Shown here piece after piece: positions 19,487 to 28,316 of a stretch of 64,000 nt of DNA. A model generated the notes under the pieces. The model did no database searches and was not told the origin of the DNA. It saw nothing but the letters and a program-made list of their open reading frames with translations. Origin of the DNA: Thermoproteota archaeon (GTDB taxonomy: Archaea > Asgardarchaeota > Njordarchaeia > Njordarchaeales > Panguiarchaeaceae); NCBI GenBank assembly GCA_024720975.1, contig JANJXX010000004.1:32517-96516 (forward strand), written 5' to 3'. How positions within the stretch are numbered: the stretch's first letter is position 1; the number at the start of each line of letters is the position of its first letter. A program made the position numbers and the translations under genes.

Positions 19487-20884
19487 ATAGCAAGTTTAAG
19501 AAGAAAAGCACTTATTGTTCAATTAGCGATACTAACCGGCCTTCAGGGAGCTCACAGATCAGTACTAATACCAATACTTCGCCAGATAATCGAGAATTTC
19601 GAAATCTCATATGGTTCTGGGGGAATGTTTGTAGGTATGTACATGCTTCTTTCAGGACTTGCTTCACTTGGATGGGCGACATATTCCGATTGGACTGGAC
19701 TTCAGAGAAGAGTTCTAATAGTTTTGGGTGTTCTAGGATGCTCTCTATTTACAATTCTTAGTATCGGTACCCCTATATTTTATATCTTCGCGGTACTTTA
19801 CATTTTAGCAGGAATGTCCATAAGTGTAATATCACCACTAGCGACGACCATTATCCTAGATATAACATGGAGATACGAAAGAACAATCGTTATTATGGCT
19901 TTTTCGATCATTAGTGGAATTGGATACATATTCGGTTTTGGTTTAGGTTTAATTACCACGGCAATATTCAATAATTGGCGTCTGCCGATCGCGATACTTG
20001 CAGCATCAATTTTCATAGTCAGTTTACCATTCGCAATACTGCTTAAAGAACCTCCAAAGGGGTTCTCTGAAGAGGAACTTAATGAAATACTCAGAAAGAC
20101 CTATAGATATCCCTTCACTTTAAGTCCCAAAGATTTGAAAGTTATCACTGGAAATAGGAGTAACATTTTTGCCACACTGCAAGGCATCTTCGGAATAATA
20201 GGAAGTGGTTCTATTGAAGTATGGATCCTTCAATATTTAGTGAGAGAGGCACACACTAATGAAATAGTGGCCTCCATACTAATGGGGTTAGGAGCCATCG
20301 GAGGCTTACCAGGACTAGCTATTGCAAAGCTTGCTGATTTAACATCTAGAAGAATGAATAAAGCAAAACCCATCATTGCTGCAATATGCTCCTCCATAAC
20401 AGCAAGCGCATTTTTGATATTTCTAGTATTGCCTCTTAACCTAAACTTTGAGACAAATGATGCTGTAATGGCCGCAACATATCTTATCGAGGCACTTTCT
20501 AAGGATCCCCTACTATCGACAGCTATAGCCTCATTCTTTATTGCTATGGTATCTAATTCACCAATAGGTCCAATAAAGGTTGCTATTCTCTCAGAGGTTA
20601 ACCTTCCCGAGCACAGAGCAACAGTAATTTCTGGCTCAGGCATAATTGAGCTCTTTTCTAAAAGTTTGGGGATAGCAGTACTAGGCTTATTAGTCGACCT
20701 GCTGGGCAGTTTTAGAATACCACTAATGATCGCTGTCTCCATGTGGTTCGTATCTGCATTTTACTGGACAAAGATGAGTAAAACTATCACAATCGATGCT
20801 TGGAAACTAGGTTTATTACTACAAGAGAGAAAAATACTCCTCTTAAAGTTTAATGATGCTCAGGGGATAAGTAATAAATCTTAA
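19487..20884 (+). CDS. MFS transporter (spinster-like); N-terminus extends upstream of ATG 19625 to a probable ATA start
   Basis: About 12 TMs, 'YSDWTGLQRR', 'LLKEPPKG', 'EVNLPEHRAT'. First TM (RRKALIVQLAILTGLQG...) lies in frame upstream of the first ATG. Confidence 0.8.
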   Translation: MASLRRKALIVQLAILTGLQGAHRSVLIPILRQIIENFEISYGSGGMFVGMYMLLSGLASLGWATYSDWTGLQRRVLIVLGVLGCSLFTILSIGTPIFYIFAVLYILAGMSISVISPLATTIILDITWRYERTIVIMAFSIISGIGYIFGFGLGLITTAIFNNWRLPIAILAASIFIVSLPFAILLKEPPKGFSEEELNEILRKTYRYPFTLSPKDLKVITGNRSNIFATLQGIFGIIGSGSIEVWILQYLVREAHTNEIVASILMGLGAIGGLPGLAIAKLADLTSRRMNKAKPIIAAICSSITASAFLIFLVLPLNLNFETNDAVMAATYLIEALSKDPLLSTAIASFFIAMVSNSPIGPIKVAILSEVNLPEHRATVISGSGIIELFSKSLGIAVLGLLVDLLGSFRIPLMIAVSMWFVSAFYWTKMSKTITIDAWKLGLLLQERKILLLKFNDAQGISNKS

Positions 20885-20956
20885 ATAACAGGCAGTTCAT
20901 TACATAATAATGGATTAGTACACTTAATTAATAATCTTTGCATTCGGTGTTTTTAT

Positions 20957-22126
20957 TTGTCTGAGGTACAACCACAAGAGAAATTCCAGATAGGCGACTG
21001 GGAAATAAGTCTCGTTCCCCAATCCAAACCACGTGAACTTGTGATCGAACTTACAACTGAGTGTAACTTAAATTGTCTTCACTGCTTCCGGAATTCGATG
21101 AAAGAGCCATTTGGATCAATGTCAAATGGAACGATGACAAGAGTCCTCGAGGAGGTATCAAACAATAATATTAAGGCTGTAACTTTATCGGGATTGGGCG
21201 AACCTCTGTATCATCCTAAGGCATTGTGGTTCATAAAAGAACTCAAGGAGAGAGGTGCTAGAGTTCTCTTAAACACTAATGGTATTTTCCTCTCGAAGCA
21301 CCTGAATGAGATCATCGACTTAGGAGTTGATGCTTTAATCCTAAGCATTGAGGGCTTGGAGCCCGAAACTTATAAATTGTTTCGAATTGGGGCGGACTTA
21401 GACATCGCTATTCAGTGTATAAGAGGAACCTATAGTAAGAAGAGGGAACTCAAATCAAATTTGCCATTAGTTGGTGTTCAATTCACTTTAACTAGAGTAA
21501 ATGCAAACCAGATAGGCAAACTTTCAGAGCTTATCAGGAACGGTGTTGGAGTCATAATTATATCTAATATAATTCCCATATCACACTACTACGAAGAACT
21601 TGCATGCTTCAATGATGAGGATTGTGCTAAATTATACTCGGAGCAACTTGAGATCCTTGGAAGGAAACTTGTCGACGTTTGGAATGTCTTTGTATCAAGA
21701 AGCTATACGACCCCTCAGCAGACTTTTCATTGCCCATTCGTTGAAAATGATGCACTATTCATCAGATGGGACGGCAAAGTTGCTCCCTGCCTTCATTATT
21801 CACATGACTGGGTTTTCTATATGAATGGTACAAGGAGAAGCATAAAAAGCGTAATATTTGGGGATGTGAAGGAAGAGAGCATTGTTGATATTTGGAGGAA
21901 AATTAATTATGTAATGTTCAGATTCAAAGCGAAGTTCGGCTATAAACCATCATGCTTTGATTGCCATCTAAGAAATTGGTGCTCGTATACATTTTCAAAT
22001 GAAGCCGATTGTTATGGAAATACACCTACATGCGCTCATTGTCCACTCGCAAGGGGCTTATCATCATGCCCATTAATCTCATTAGTACCCATATCGAAAA
22101 TCGCTCTACAACCGATAAAATCCTGA
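20957..22126 (+). CDS. tungsten-cofactor oxidoreductase radical SAM/SPASM maturase
   Basis: CxxxCxxC 'CNLNCLHC', 'CPF...RWDG.VAPC', Cys-rich tail 'CFDC...C...DCYGNTPTCAHC'. Confidence 0.85.
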   Translation: MSEVQPQEKFQIGDWEISLVPQSKPRELVIELTTECNLNCLHCFRNSMKEPFGSMSNGTMTRVLEEVSNNNIKAVTLSGLGEPLYHPKALWFIKELKERGARVLLNTNGIFLSKHLNEIIDLGVDALILSIEGLEPETYKLFRIGADLDIAIQCIRGTYSKKRELKSNLPLVGVQFTLTRVNANQIGKLSELIRNGVGVIIISNIIPISHYYEELACFNDEDCAKLYSEQLEILGRKLVDVWNVFVSRSYTTPQQTFHCPFVENDALFIRWDGKVAPCLHYSHDWVFYMNGTRRSIKSVIFGDVKEESIVDIWRKINYVMFRFKAKFGYKPSCFDCHLRNWCSYTFSNEADCYGNTPTCAHCPLARGLSSCPLISLVPISKIALQPIKS

Positions 22127-22749
22127 CTGTCGCTAGTCATTGTCGGAGCTTTTTCAACGTCAAGGAATTTTATAACTAGTACTTGTTCCTCAATTTTACA
22201 CCAACTTTTCTCTCTTGGATTATACACATATGCCTTACCTCGAATAGTAATTACCTCCGCTCCATTTGCCTTAAATCTCTCCAGGATTTTCCCGTGAAAG
22301 TATACATTCAAAAAGCTGTAGATCCATCTACTTCTCACACAAGCACTTACATCTCCTACAATCATATGCACTCCACCTTTGAAGAAACAAAATACTAGAA
22401 AATCACGAAACCACGTCACAGCAAAGAAGAATCCAAGATAAATTTTACAGCCTTTTTGCTTGCATAAGACTTCGTTAATGAACCGGGCTATAGCTAATAC
22501 TCTATAAGTATTAAGGGAAATATGTATATAGAAACATGTACAAACACTTGATGACGCGATAAAAAATACCAAGTTTTTAAGCCAAGTTACGAGATATATC
22601 ACAACAATTGTCGCCAAAAGTAGAAGATTCCTAGTTACAAGATATATTCTTTGGTTGCTTAAGTTTCTTATACTTTTGATTTTTCGGCTGAATAAAACCG
22701 AGTCATAGACGAATATAAAGAGGAATATGCACGCTATTAGTGATATCAT
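22036..22749 (-). CDS. hypothetical membrane protein
   Basis: Three N-terminal hydrophobic segments. Fills the gap downstream of yjbQ. Confidence 0.5.
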   Translation of the reverse strand: MISLIACIFLFIFVYDSVLFSRKIKSIRNLSNQRIYLVTRNLLLLATIVVIYLVTWLKNLVFFIASSSVCTCFYIHISLNTYRVLAIARFINEVLCKQKGCKIYLGFFFAVTWFRDFLVFCFFKGGVHMIVGDVSACVRSRWIYSFLNVYFHGKILERFKANGAEVITIRGKAYVYNPREKSWCKIEEQVLVIKFLDVEKAPTMTSDSQDFIGCRAIFDMGTNEINGHDDKPLASGQ

Positions 22750-22797
22750 TTGTTTATCAACTTCTATTCCGCCAAAACTAAAATCATGTAAGTACCT

Positions 22798-23217
22798 TTA
22801 GTATTCTCCTAGAACAGAAACTATTATCTTTCTAACGCGTGGTCTTGTGTCGAGTTCGAGGAATACTATCTGTTGCCAGGTGCCAAGAATTAGCTCTCCA
22901 TTCCTTATAGGTACCGTTATTGATGGACCTATTATGCTAGCTTTAACGTGTGACCTACCATTATCATCTCCCCATTTCTCATGGTGGTAATAGTATATAT
23001 CATTGGGCGCAATTCTCGCTAACGCTAGAGCTAAATCTTTTTTCAAACCTGGCTCGTATTCCATTGTAGTTACTGCCCCTGTTGACCCGACTACGAATAT
23101 GTTAGCAATGCCATTTTTAACTCCTGATTTTGCAATTATCTCTCTAACGTTGTTTGTAATATCAACGATATCATTCTCTCCTTTAGTCTTGAGTTCAAAC
23201 TCATCTTGATAAAACAT
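22798..23217 (-). CDS. yjbQ: YjbQ/UPF0047 family protein
   Basis: 'GSTGA.TTMEYEP', 'DNGRSH', 'LGTWQQI'. Confidence 0.92.
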   Translation of the reverse strand: MFYQDEFELKTKGENDIVDITNNVREIIAKSGVKNGIANIFVVGSTGAVTTMEYEPGLKKDLALALARIAPNDIYYYHHEKWGDDNGRSHVKASIIGPSITVPIRNGELILGTWQQIVFLELDTRPRVRKIIVSVLGEY

Positions 23218-23220
23218 CTG

Positions 23221-23958
23221 TTAGCTCACCAGAGAATTGTAAATCACGGAGAAATTGAGAACAATATTGGAGCCACATAATTCTACTGCTTCAAGCTTGA
23301 GTTTTGGGGAATCCTCAACACTGCAAAAAACTGTTCCTCTGACCATGGATATAGCATTATCTCCAAACAAAACTGGTGATACTGAGACGCGCAAGTAGTC
23401 GACAAGGGCCATTTTAAAGAATGATCCTATTACAAGTCCACCTCCCTCAACCATAAGCACCTTTACGTCGTATTTCTTTCTAAGATACATTAAAAGCTGC
23501 TTTAAGTCGACCTCATTCTCGCCAAACACTACAACATCAACTCCCAATTCCCTCAACTTATTTATTTTTTCGTGCGAAGCCCTCTTTGAGGTTGCTATTA
23601 TTGTCTTTACCTCCGGATGTCTGGTTATAACCTCAGCATCTAAGGGGATTTTACATGTACTATCTAGGACTACCCTCATAGGATGTCTGTCGCTTTTATA
23701 GTACTTCTCACTAACAGTAAGGTGCGGATTGTCATGCAGTATCGTATTTATCCCAACTAAAATCGCATCCACCAAACTTCGCAACTTATGAACTTCAACC
23801 TTGTCATCGAAGGATGAGAGTCTTGTCTCCCCACATGCGGACGCTAGTTTTCCATCAAGACTAATGGCGCAACTAACAATTACGAATGGTCGCCAATCTT
23901 TTGGATTCCAAGGAGTTCGCTCGGTGGAATATATAACTTGGCAATGCATTCTAGTCAC
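23221..23958 (-). CDS. RibD C-terminal-type pyrimidine reductase (2,5-diamino-6-ribosylamino-pyrimidinone 5'-phosphate reductase family)
   Basis: 'AISLDGK', 'DAILVGINTIL.DNP.LTV', 'LMVEGGG'. Confidence 0.88.
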   Translation of the reverse strand: MTRMHCQVIYSTERTPWNPKDWRPFVIVSCAISLDGKLASACGETRLSSFDDKVEVHKLRSLVDAILVGINTILHDNPHLTVSEKYYKSDRHPMRVVLDSTCKIPLDAEVITRHPEVKTIIATSKRASHEKINKLRELGVDVVVFGENEVDLKQLLMYLRKKYDVKVLMVEGGGLVIGSFFKMALVDYLRVSVSPVLFGDNAISMVRGTVFCSVEDSPKLKLEAVELCGSNIVLNFSVIYNSLVS

Positions 23959-24314
23959 GGCATTTAGCCTCGATAATCATCAACGCTACCTATAGAAACA
24001 TTAATTCATTGAGGACTCAAAAAGTACTAAAAGCTTCATCAAAGCAACACTTAACTAAACCTTTAAACCAAGAAATTAAACTGATAGAGCTAACCGAATG
24101 GATATTATAAGCGAGACTAGTTTACAAGTAAGACTTAATTCTAGAGGCGCTAACAGTTCTAAAAGCTCCAGCGGGGGTATTACAACTGCACAAATAAAAT
24201 TTATTATCATGACTCTTATGAAAGTTTGTGAATGTAAATTACTCAAGTCGCAGAGTTAGGTGTATGAGAATGCCATGCTCAGGATGCCAGTAAACCTGAC
24301 GAGACAAGGCGAGT

Positions 24315-25490
24315 ATGATGAACTCAGAAGAGGTTAAACCGAATAGACAACACAGCTTTTTTGTTCAGTCCACGTTTGCATTAGGTTTTAGCGCCGGGAG
24401 GTTAATTGCTGGGGGACTTTTGGAACATTATTTAGGAGTAGCTCTCTTCAAAAGCTGGGCCATCGCTATTTATCCCGTAGTTCTAACAACTAGAGGTGCT
24501 TTAAATGGAATTCTAGCTGCTAGACTAAGTACGGGTCTTAATATAGGACTTATAAAACCTAGTTTTAGAGGTAGTACAGGCTGCTATCATGCTATCGTCT
24601 CGTCCCTCATGGCACTTTCAATGATTGTGAGCCTTATTTTAAGTGTTATAGCTTTGTTACTAACGGGCACACCAATAAGTGAATTTCCTTTAATACTAGC
24701 CATATGCATATCAATCCAGGCCTTAACTCTGCTTTTGACAGAACCTCTTACATCCGCCGCTGGTTTTCTTGCTTTTAAGAAAGGTTTAGATCCAGATGCA
24801 ATGTTGTATCCAATATCCTCGACTATAGCAGACATATGGGCCACTAGTTCATATATCATAGTCCTATCGCTTGTTTTTTTCTTCCCGGGTGGAGTTCTAT
24901 TGACTTATATCATTGCTATAGCAACTATCATAGTCACTGTAATCTTCGCTTTCATTTCTAGGAGAGAGGCTGAGTACTGGAGAACCTTGGAAGAGAGCTC
25001 ATTAACAATAATATTAGTAACTTTTATATCCACGCTCTCAGGCTACGCTCTCTTTGGTATAAGATCTAAAATTGGAGAATTCCCGGGAGTTTTGTTGGTT
25101 TACCCTGCCTTGATAGGCACTTTAGGAGACATCGTCGCTATATTTGGTTCACTATCCACCACGAGAATCTTCTTAGGAGCTGTCGAAAGAAAATTGTCTA
25201 GAGTTCTTGCCCAAGTAAGGGACATAATTCAATTGTGGCTATCAGCCATGATATACTTTACAATGTATGGTTTAATAGCCTATTTCTTTAGTAGAGAAAT
25301 TTCGAGGCTCCTCATTTCATTGATTTCTTTCAACATGGTATTTCCAGTAGTGATCACATTGGCCTCGATTGTGGCAATCCTAACTTTTAAGAGAGGTTGG
25401 AATCCCGACAATTTTGTGATCCCCATAGAAACTACTCTTACTGATGTGATTATGACAGTCTCTATTGCTCTGCTTATTACAATCCTGTAG
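24315..25490 (+). CDS. archaeal MgtE/SLC41-type divalent cation transporter (duplicated domain)
   Basis: 'ARLSTGL', 'GLDPD...P...TIAD' and 'GWNPDNFVIP..TTLTD' repeats. Confidence 0.85.
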   Translation: MMNSEEVKPNRQHSFFVQSTFALGFSAGRLIAGGLLEHYLGVALFKSWAIAIYPVVLTTRGALNGILAARLSTGLNIGLIKPSFRGSTGCYHAIVSSLMALSMIVSLILSVIALLLTGTPISEFPLILAICISIQALTLLLTEPLTSAAGFLAFKKGLDPDAMLYPISSTIADIWATSSYIIVLSLVFFFPGGVLLTYIIAIATIIVTVIFAFISRREAEYWRTLEESSLTIILVTFISTLSGYALFGIRSKIGEFPGVLLVYPALIGTLGDIVAIFGSLSTTRIFLGAVERKLSRVLAQVRDIIQLWLSAMIYFTMYGLIAYFFSREISRLLISLISFNMVFPVVITLASIVAILTFKRGWNPDNFVIPIETTLTDVIMTVSIALLITIL

Positions 25491-25561
25491 GATGTACGCA
25501 AGGAAACTTGTACCATAATACGATATAAAATATAGAGGTAAGTATCTTTTGTACCTTTGGT

Positions 25562-26230
25562 CTACTTGAATTCGCTAATCTGATTTTGATCTCTTAAACA
25601 GTTTAAAGAATGCTTCTCAGCCTGACTAAAGAATGCTAAACGCTGGAAGGATGTAATTGTTGATCCAATTGTAATTACCAAGCAAATAATCTCTAAGATG
25701 CTCAGACTAACATAACTGAATTGGAACGTTCTATTGCCGAAATACCAGGCAAGAATAATCCCACCGAAGAGCGTTCCAAGCTTCTCTTTCCTCTCAAATA
25801 GTCCGACTCCAAGCGCCTTGACATGTAATTCAGCTTCTCCGCGGGCCCGAATGTAACTAGGTAGAAACATAGCAAGTAATGTTAGTAGTGCTATCCAAGA
25901 CCTTACGTAACTGCCTATCATAAGGCCCATGATCATTATACCTTCCACAACTCTATCAGTAGTATTGTCGAGCAGTGTCCCATACTTTGATACCTTGCCG
26001 GTTGCCCTTGCAATGGCACCATCAAAAACATCAAATATTCCCGCTAGAACTATAATCACAAGCGCCATTAGCAAGTCTCTGTGTGCAAAGTAGTATAGTG
26101 ATATGCATGCTATAACCACCGAACTAGCTGTCATCATTGTTGGTGTAAATCCTAACTTAGATAAAACTTTGCCAATGATTATCGTTTTCCTCTCATAGAC
26201 TTTTCTGTAATTGGGAGTATATTCCGTCAT
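25562..26230 (-). CDS. CDP-alcohol phosphatidyltransferase (archaetidylinositol-phosphate synthase-like)
   Basis: 'DVFDGAIAR...G..LD...DR' motif, 'SYIRARGE', 'GLFER'. Confidence 0.88.
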   Translation of the reverse strand: MTEYTPNYRKVYERKTIIIGKVLSKLGFTPTMMTASSVVIACISLYYFAHRDLLMALVIIVLAGIFDVFDGAIARATGKVSKYGTLLDNTTDRVVEGIMIMGLMIGSYVRSWIALLTLLAMFLPSYIRARGEAELHVKALGVGLFERKEKLGTLFGGIILAWYFGNRTFQFSYVSLSILEIICLVITIGSTITSFQRLAFFSQAEKHSLNCLRDQNQISEFK

Positions 26231-27171
26231 TATTCTAACCTCTTAATTTTGTCAATTAAAGCTTCAAAACGTTGAAAGACTTTCTTAAAGTCTAGATTAA
26301 AATCAGGGCCCACAGATTCTACCATAAATGAGGCAGCTGCCGAAGCGAAAACCGCCGCCTCTAATGGATCATTATGTTTTAGATAGTAATATAGAAAAGA
26401 CCCTCCATAAACGTCTCCGCATCCTGTGGGATCCTTTTCAATTGTTCTATATGCCGGTATGCCGTATACTTTGTCATCGAAACATATCACAGAGCCTCTT
26501 TCAGCAAGCGTGACTATGCCTATTTTTGCACCAAGTTCTGTCATCTTTTTCACAGCTTTCACTGGGTCTTCTGTCCCGAAAATTGTCTTTGCCTCATGCT
26601 CATTTGGCTTGAATACGTCAACTACTCCAATTAAGTCAAAAAGTGCTGGATTATTGACCCTTCTTACAGTCCTTTCCTCTAAGACACGGATGTACCCCTG
26701 AGGATCCACCAGTGTCACGCCATCATAACCTTCACTTCTAAGCTCTCTGATTAGCTTTATAGAATCAGCAACCGAGATTTCATCGAGTATTGGGCCTAGC
26801 AATATTGACCTCGACCCGAGAAGAGTATCTCGAGGAATTTTTTCGATGTCTATGGGGTCTGCTCGGCCTATCACTTCAAGAATTCTATCATTCATTCTCT
26901 CATCTATATACTTAAGATAGAATCCCCCTGTTTCCCTAGATTCATAGAATAAAAACTTAACATTGTACTCTGACAGTTTTTGTTCAGCATACTTCCTAAA
27001 GTCTCTTCCGATGGTTCCTATTATAATACTCTCGCCACCAAGCTTACTAACAGCTAATCCAGCGTTGGTAGAACATCCTGAGAGTACTCTACTATCCGTC
27101 TTTACAAATGGTGTCTCTATCACATCGAGGACAGGATTGCCTATTGCTGCAAGGGTATACTTTACCATCAT
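26230..27171 (-). CDS. PfkB/ribokinase family carbohydrate kinase
   Basis: 'DPQG', 'KPNEHE', 'DPTGCGDVYGG'. Confidence 0.88.
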   Translation of the reverse strand: MMVKYTLAAIGNPVLDVIETPFVKTDSRVLSGCSTNAGLAVSKLGGESIIIGTIGRDFRKYAEQKLSEYNVKFLFYESRETGGFYLKYIDERMNDRILEVIGRADPIDIEKIPRDTLLGSRSILLGPILDEISVADSIKLIRELRSEGYDGVTLVDPQGYIRVLEERTVRRVNNPALFDLIGVVDVFKPNEHEAKTIFGTEDPVKAVKKMTELGAKIGIVTLAERGSVICFDDKVYGIPAYRTIEKDPTGCGDVYGGSFLYYYLKHNDPLEAAVFASAAASFMVESVGPDFNLDFKKVFQRFEALIDKIKRLE

Positions 27172-27293
27172 AATCCCCTTATAAAACCAAGCTCAAAATC
27201 CCGAATAACCAATAAGAAATTTAAACTTGTATATTACTGTACTGACCTAGACAACCATATTTGCTCACTCGTAGCATTTAAGTGAATATTTAG

Positions 27294-28316
27294 ATGACAT
27301 CTTCGATAACTATTGTGATACAAATGGTAATTGTTGGAATCGACATTGGAGCTACATGGACCAGAATAGCTTTAGCTGATCACAATGGGAAGATTATCTC
27401 TAAGATAAAGAAAATTGCAACACTTCAAGAGGGAGAAGACAAATTCGACATGCTTAGGAGGATAGAGCTGACAGTAAGAGAACTATCGACACAAATTGGC
27501 AGTGATATCGAAGCCATAGGTGTCGGAACCATTGGCCCCTTGGATTTGAAAAAGGGCGTTATATTGCATACACCTAATTTGCCCATCGAAAATGTTCCGA
27601 TATTACGCTACCTTAGGGAAAGATTTCGAGTCCCAGTATACATGGTAAATGATTGCACAGCAGCTGTAATAGGGGAGAAGTTCTTTGGTGTAGGAAGGCA
27701 TTATGATAATATTGTGTATATAACAATAAGCACAGGCATAGGTGGTGGAGCGATTGTAGACGGAAATGTTCTGTTTGGAAAGGATGGAAATGCCGTCGAA
27801 ATAGGACATGTTGTTGTTGATCATTCTGGAAAATTGAAATGCGGTTGTGGGGGGTATGGACACTGGGAGGCCTATACTTCCGGGAAGAACATTGGCAAGT
27901 TTGTGGATCTCTTGCTTCGTGAATTCTTTAGTGCAGATGAATACAAACTAAGTGTGCTTAGCAAATGCGTTGAATCACCTGTAGATCTTAAATACTCACA
28001 CATAACAAAGGCCGCTAGGGCAAATGACTCGCTGGCACTTAGAATCCTGGATATTGTAGCAAACGTTAATGCGGCAGGTCTAGCTACAGTAATAAATTCA
28101 TATGATCCAGATGTGGTTAGTTTTGGAGGTGCTGTTATACTTGAAAATCCACCAGAACTCCTCCTTGAGCCATTAAAGGAGAAAGTAGTAAAGTTTATTA
28201 TAAATCGCGAGCCAGAAATTCTTATAACACCGCTTGGAGAGGACATCGTTCTCATGGGTGCTGTAGCCATAGCTTTAGATCCAGAAGTTATACCGAAAAA
28301 ATTTAGAGAGCTTTGA
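27294..28316 (+). CDS. ROK family sugar kinase (start probably 27324)
   Basis: 'GIDIGAT', 'NDC', 'STGIGGG', 'EIGH', 'CGCGGYGHWE'. Confidence 0.92.
   Translation: MTSSITIVIQMVIVGIDIGATWTRIALADHNGKIISKIKKIATLQEGEDKFDMLRRIELTVRELSTQIGSDIEAIGVGTIGPLDLKKGVILHTPNLPIENVPILRYLRERFRVPVYMVNDCTAAVIGEKFFGVGRHYDNIVYITISTGIGGGAIVDGNVLFGKDGNAVEIGHVVVDHSGKLKCGCGGYGHWEAYTSGKNIGKFVDLLLREFFSADEYKLSVLSKCVESPVDLKYSHITKAARANDSLALRILDIVANVNAAGLATVINSYDPDVVSFGGAVILENPPELLLEPLKEKVVKFIINREPEILITPLGEDIVLMGAVAIALDPEVIPKKFREL

Noticed and set aside
19477-19761. 94-aa ORF as a separate gene
   Set aside because: It overlaps the true N-terminal frame of the MFS transporter and has non-protein-like composition.
24178-24190. 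TTACAACTG matching the mini-element left end
   Set aside because: No hairpin or GGTCAG terminus follows.
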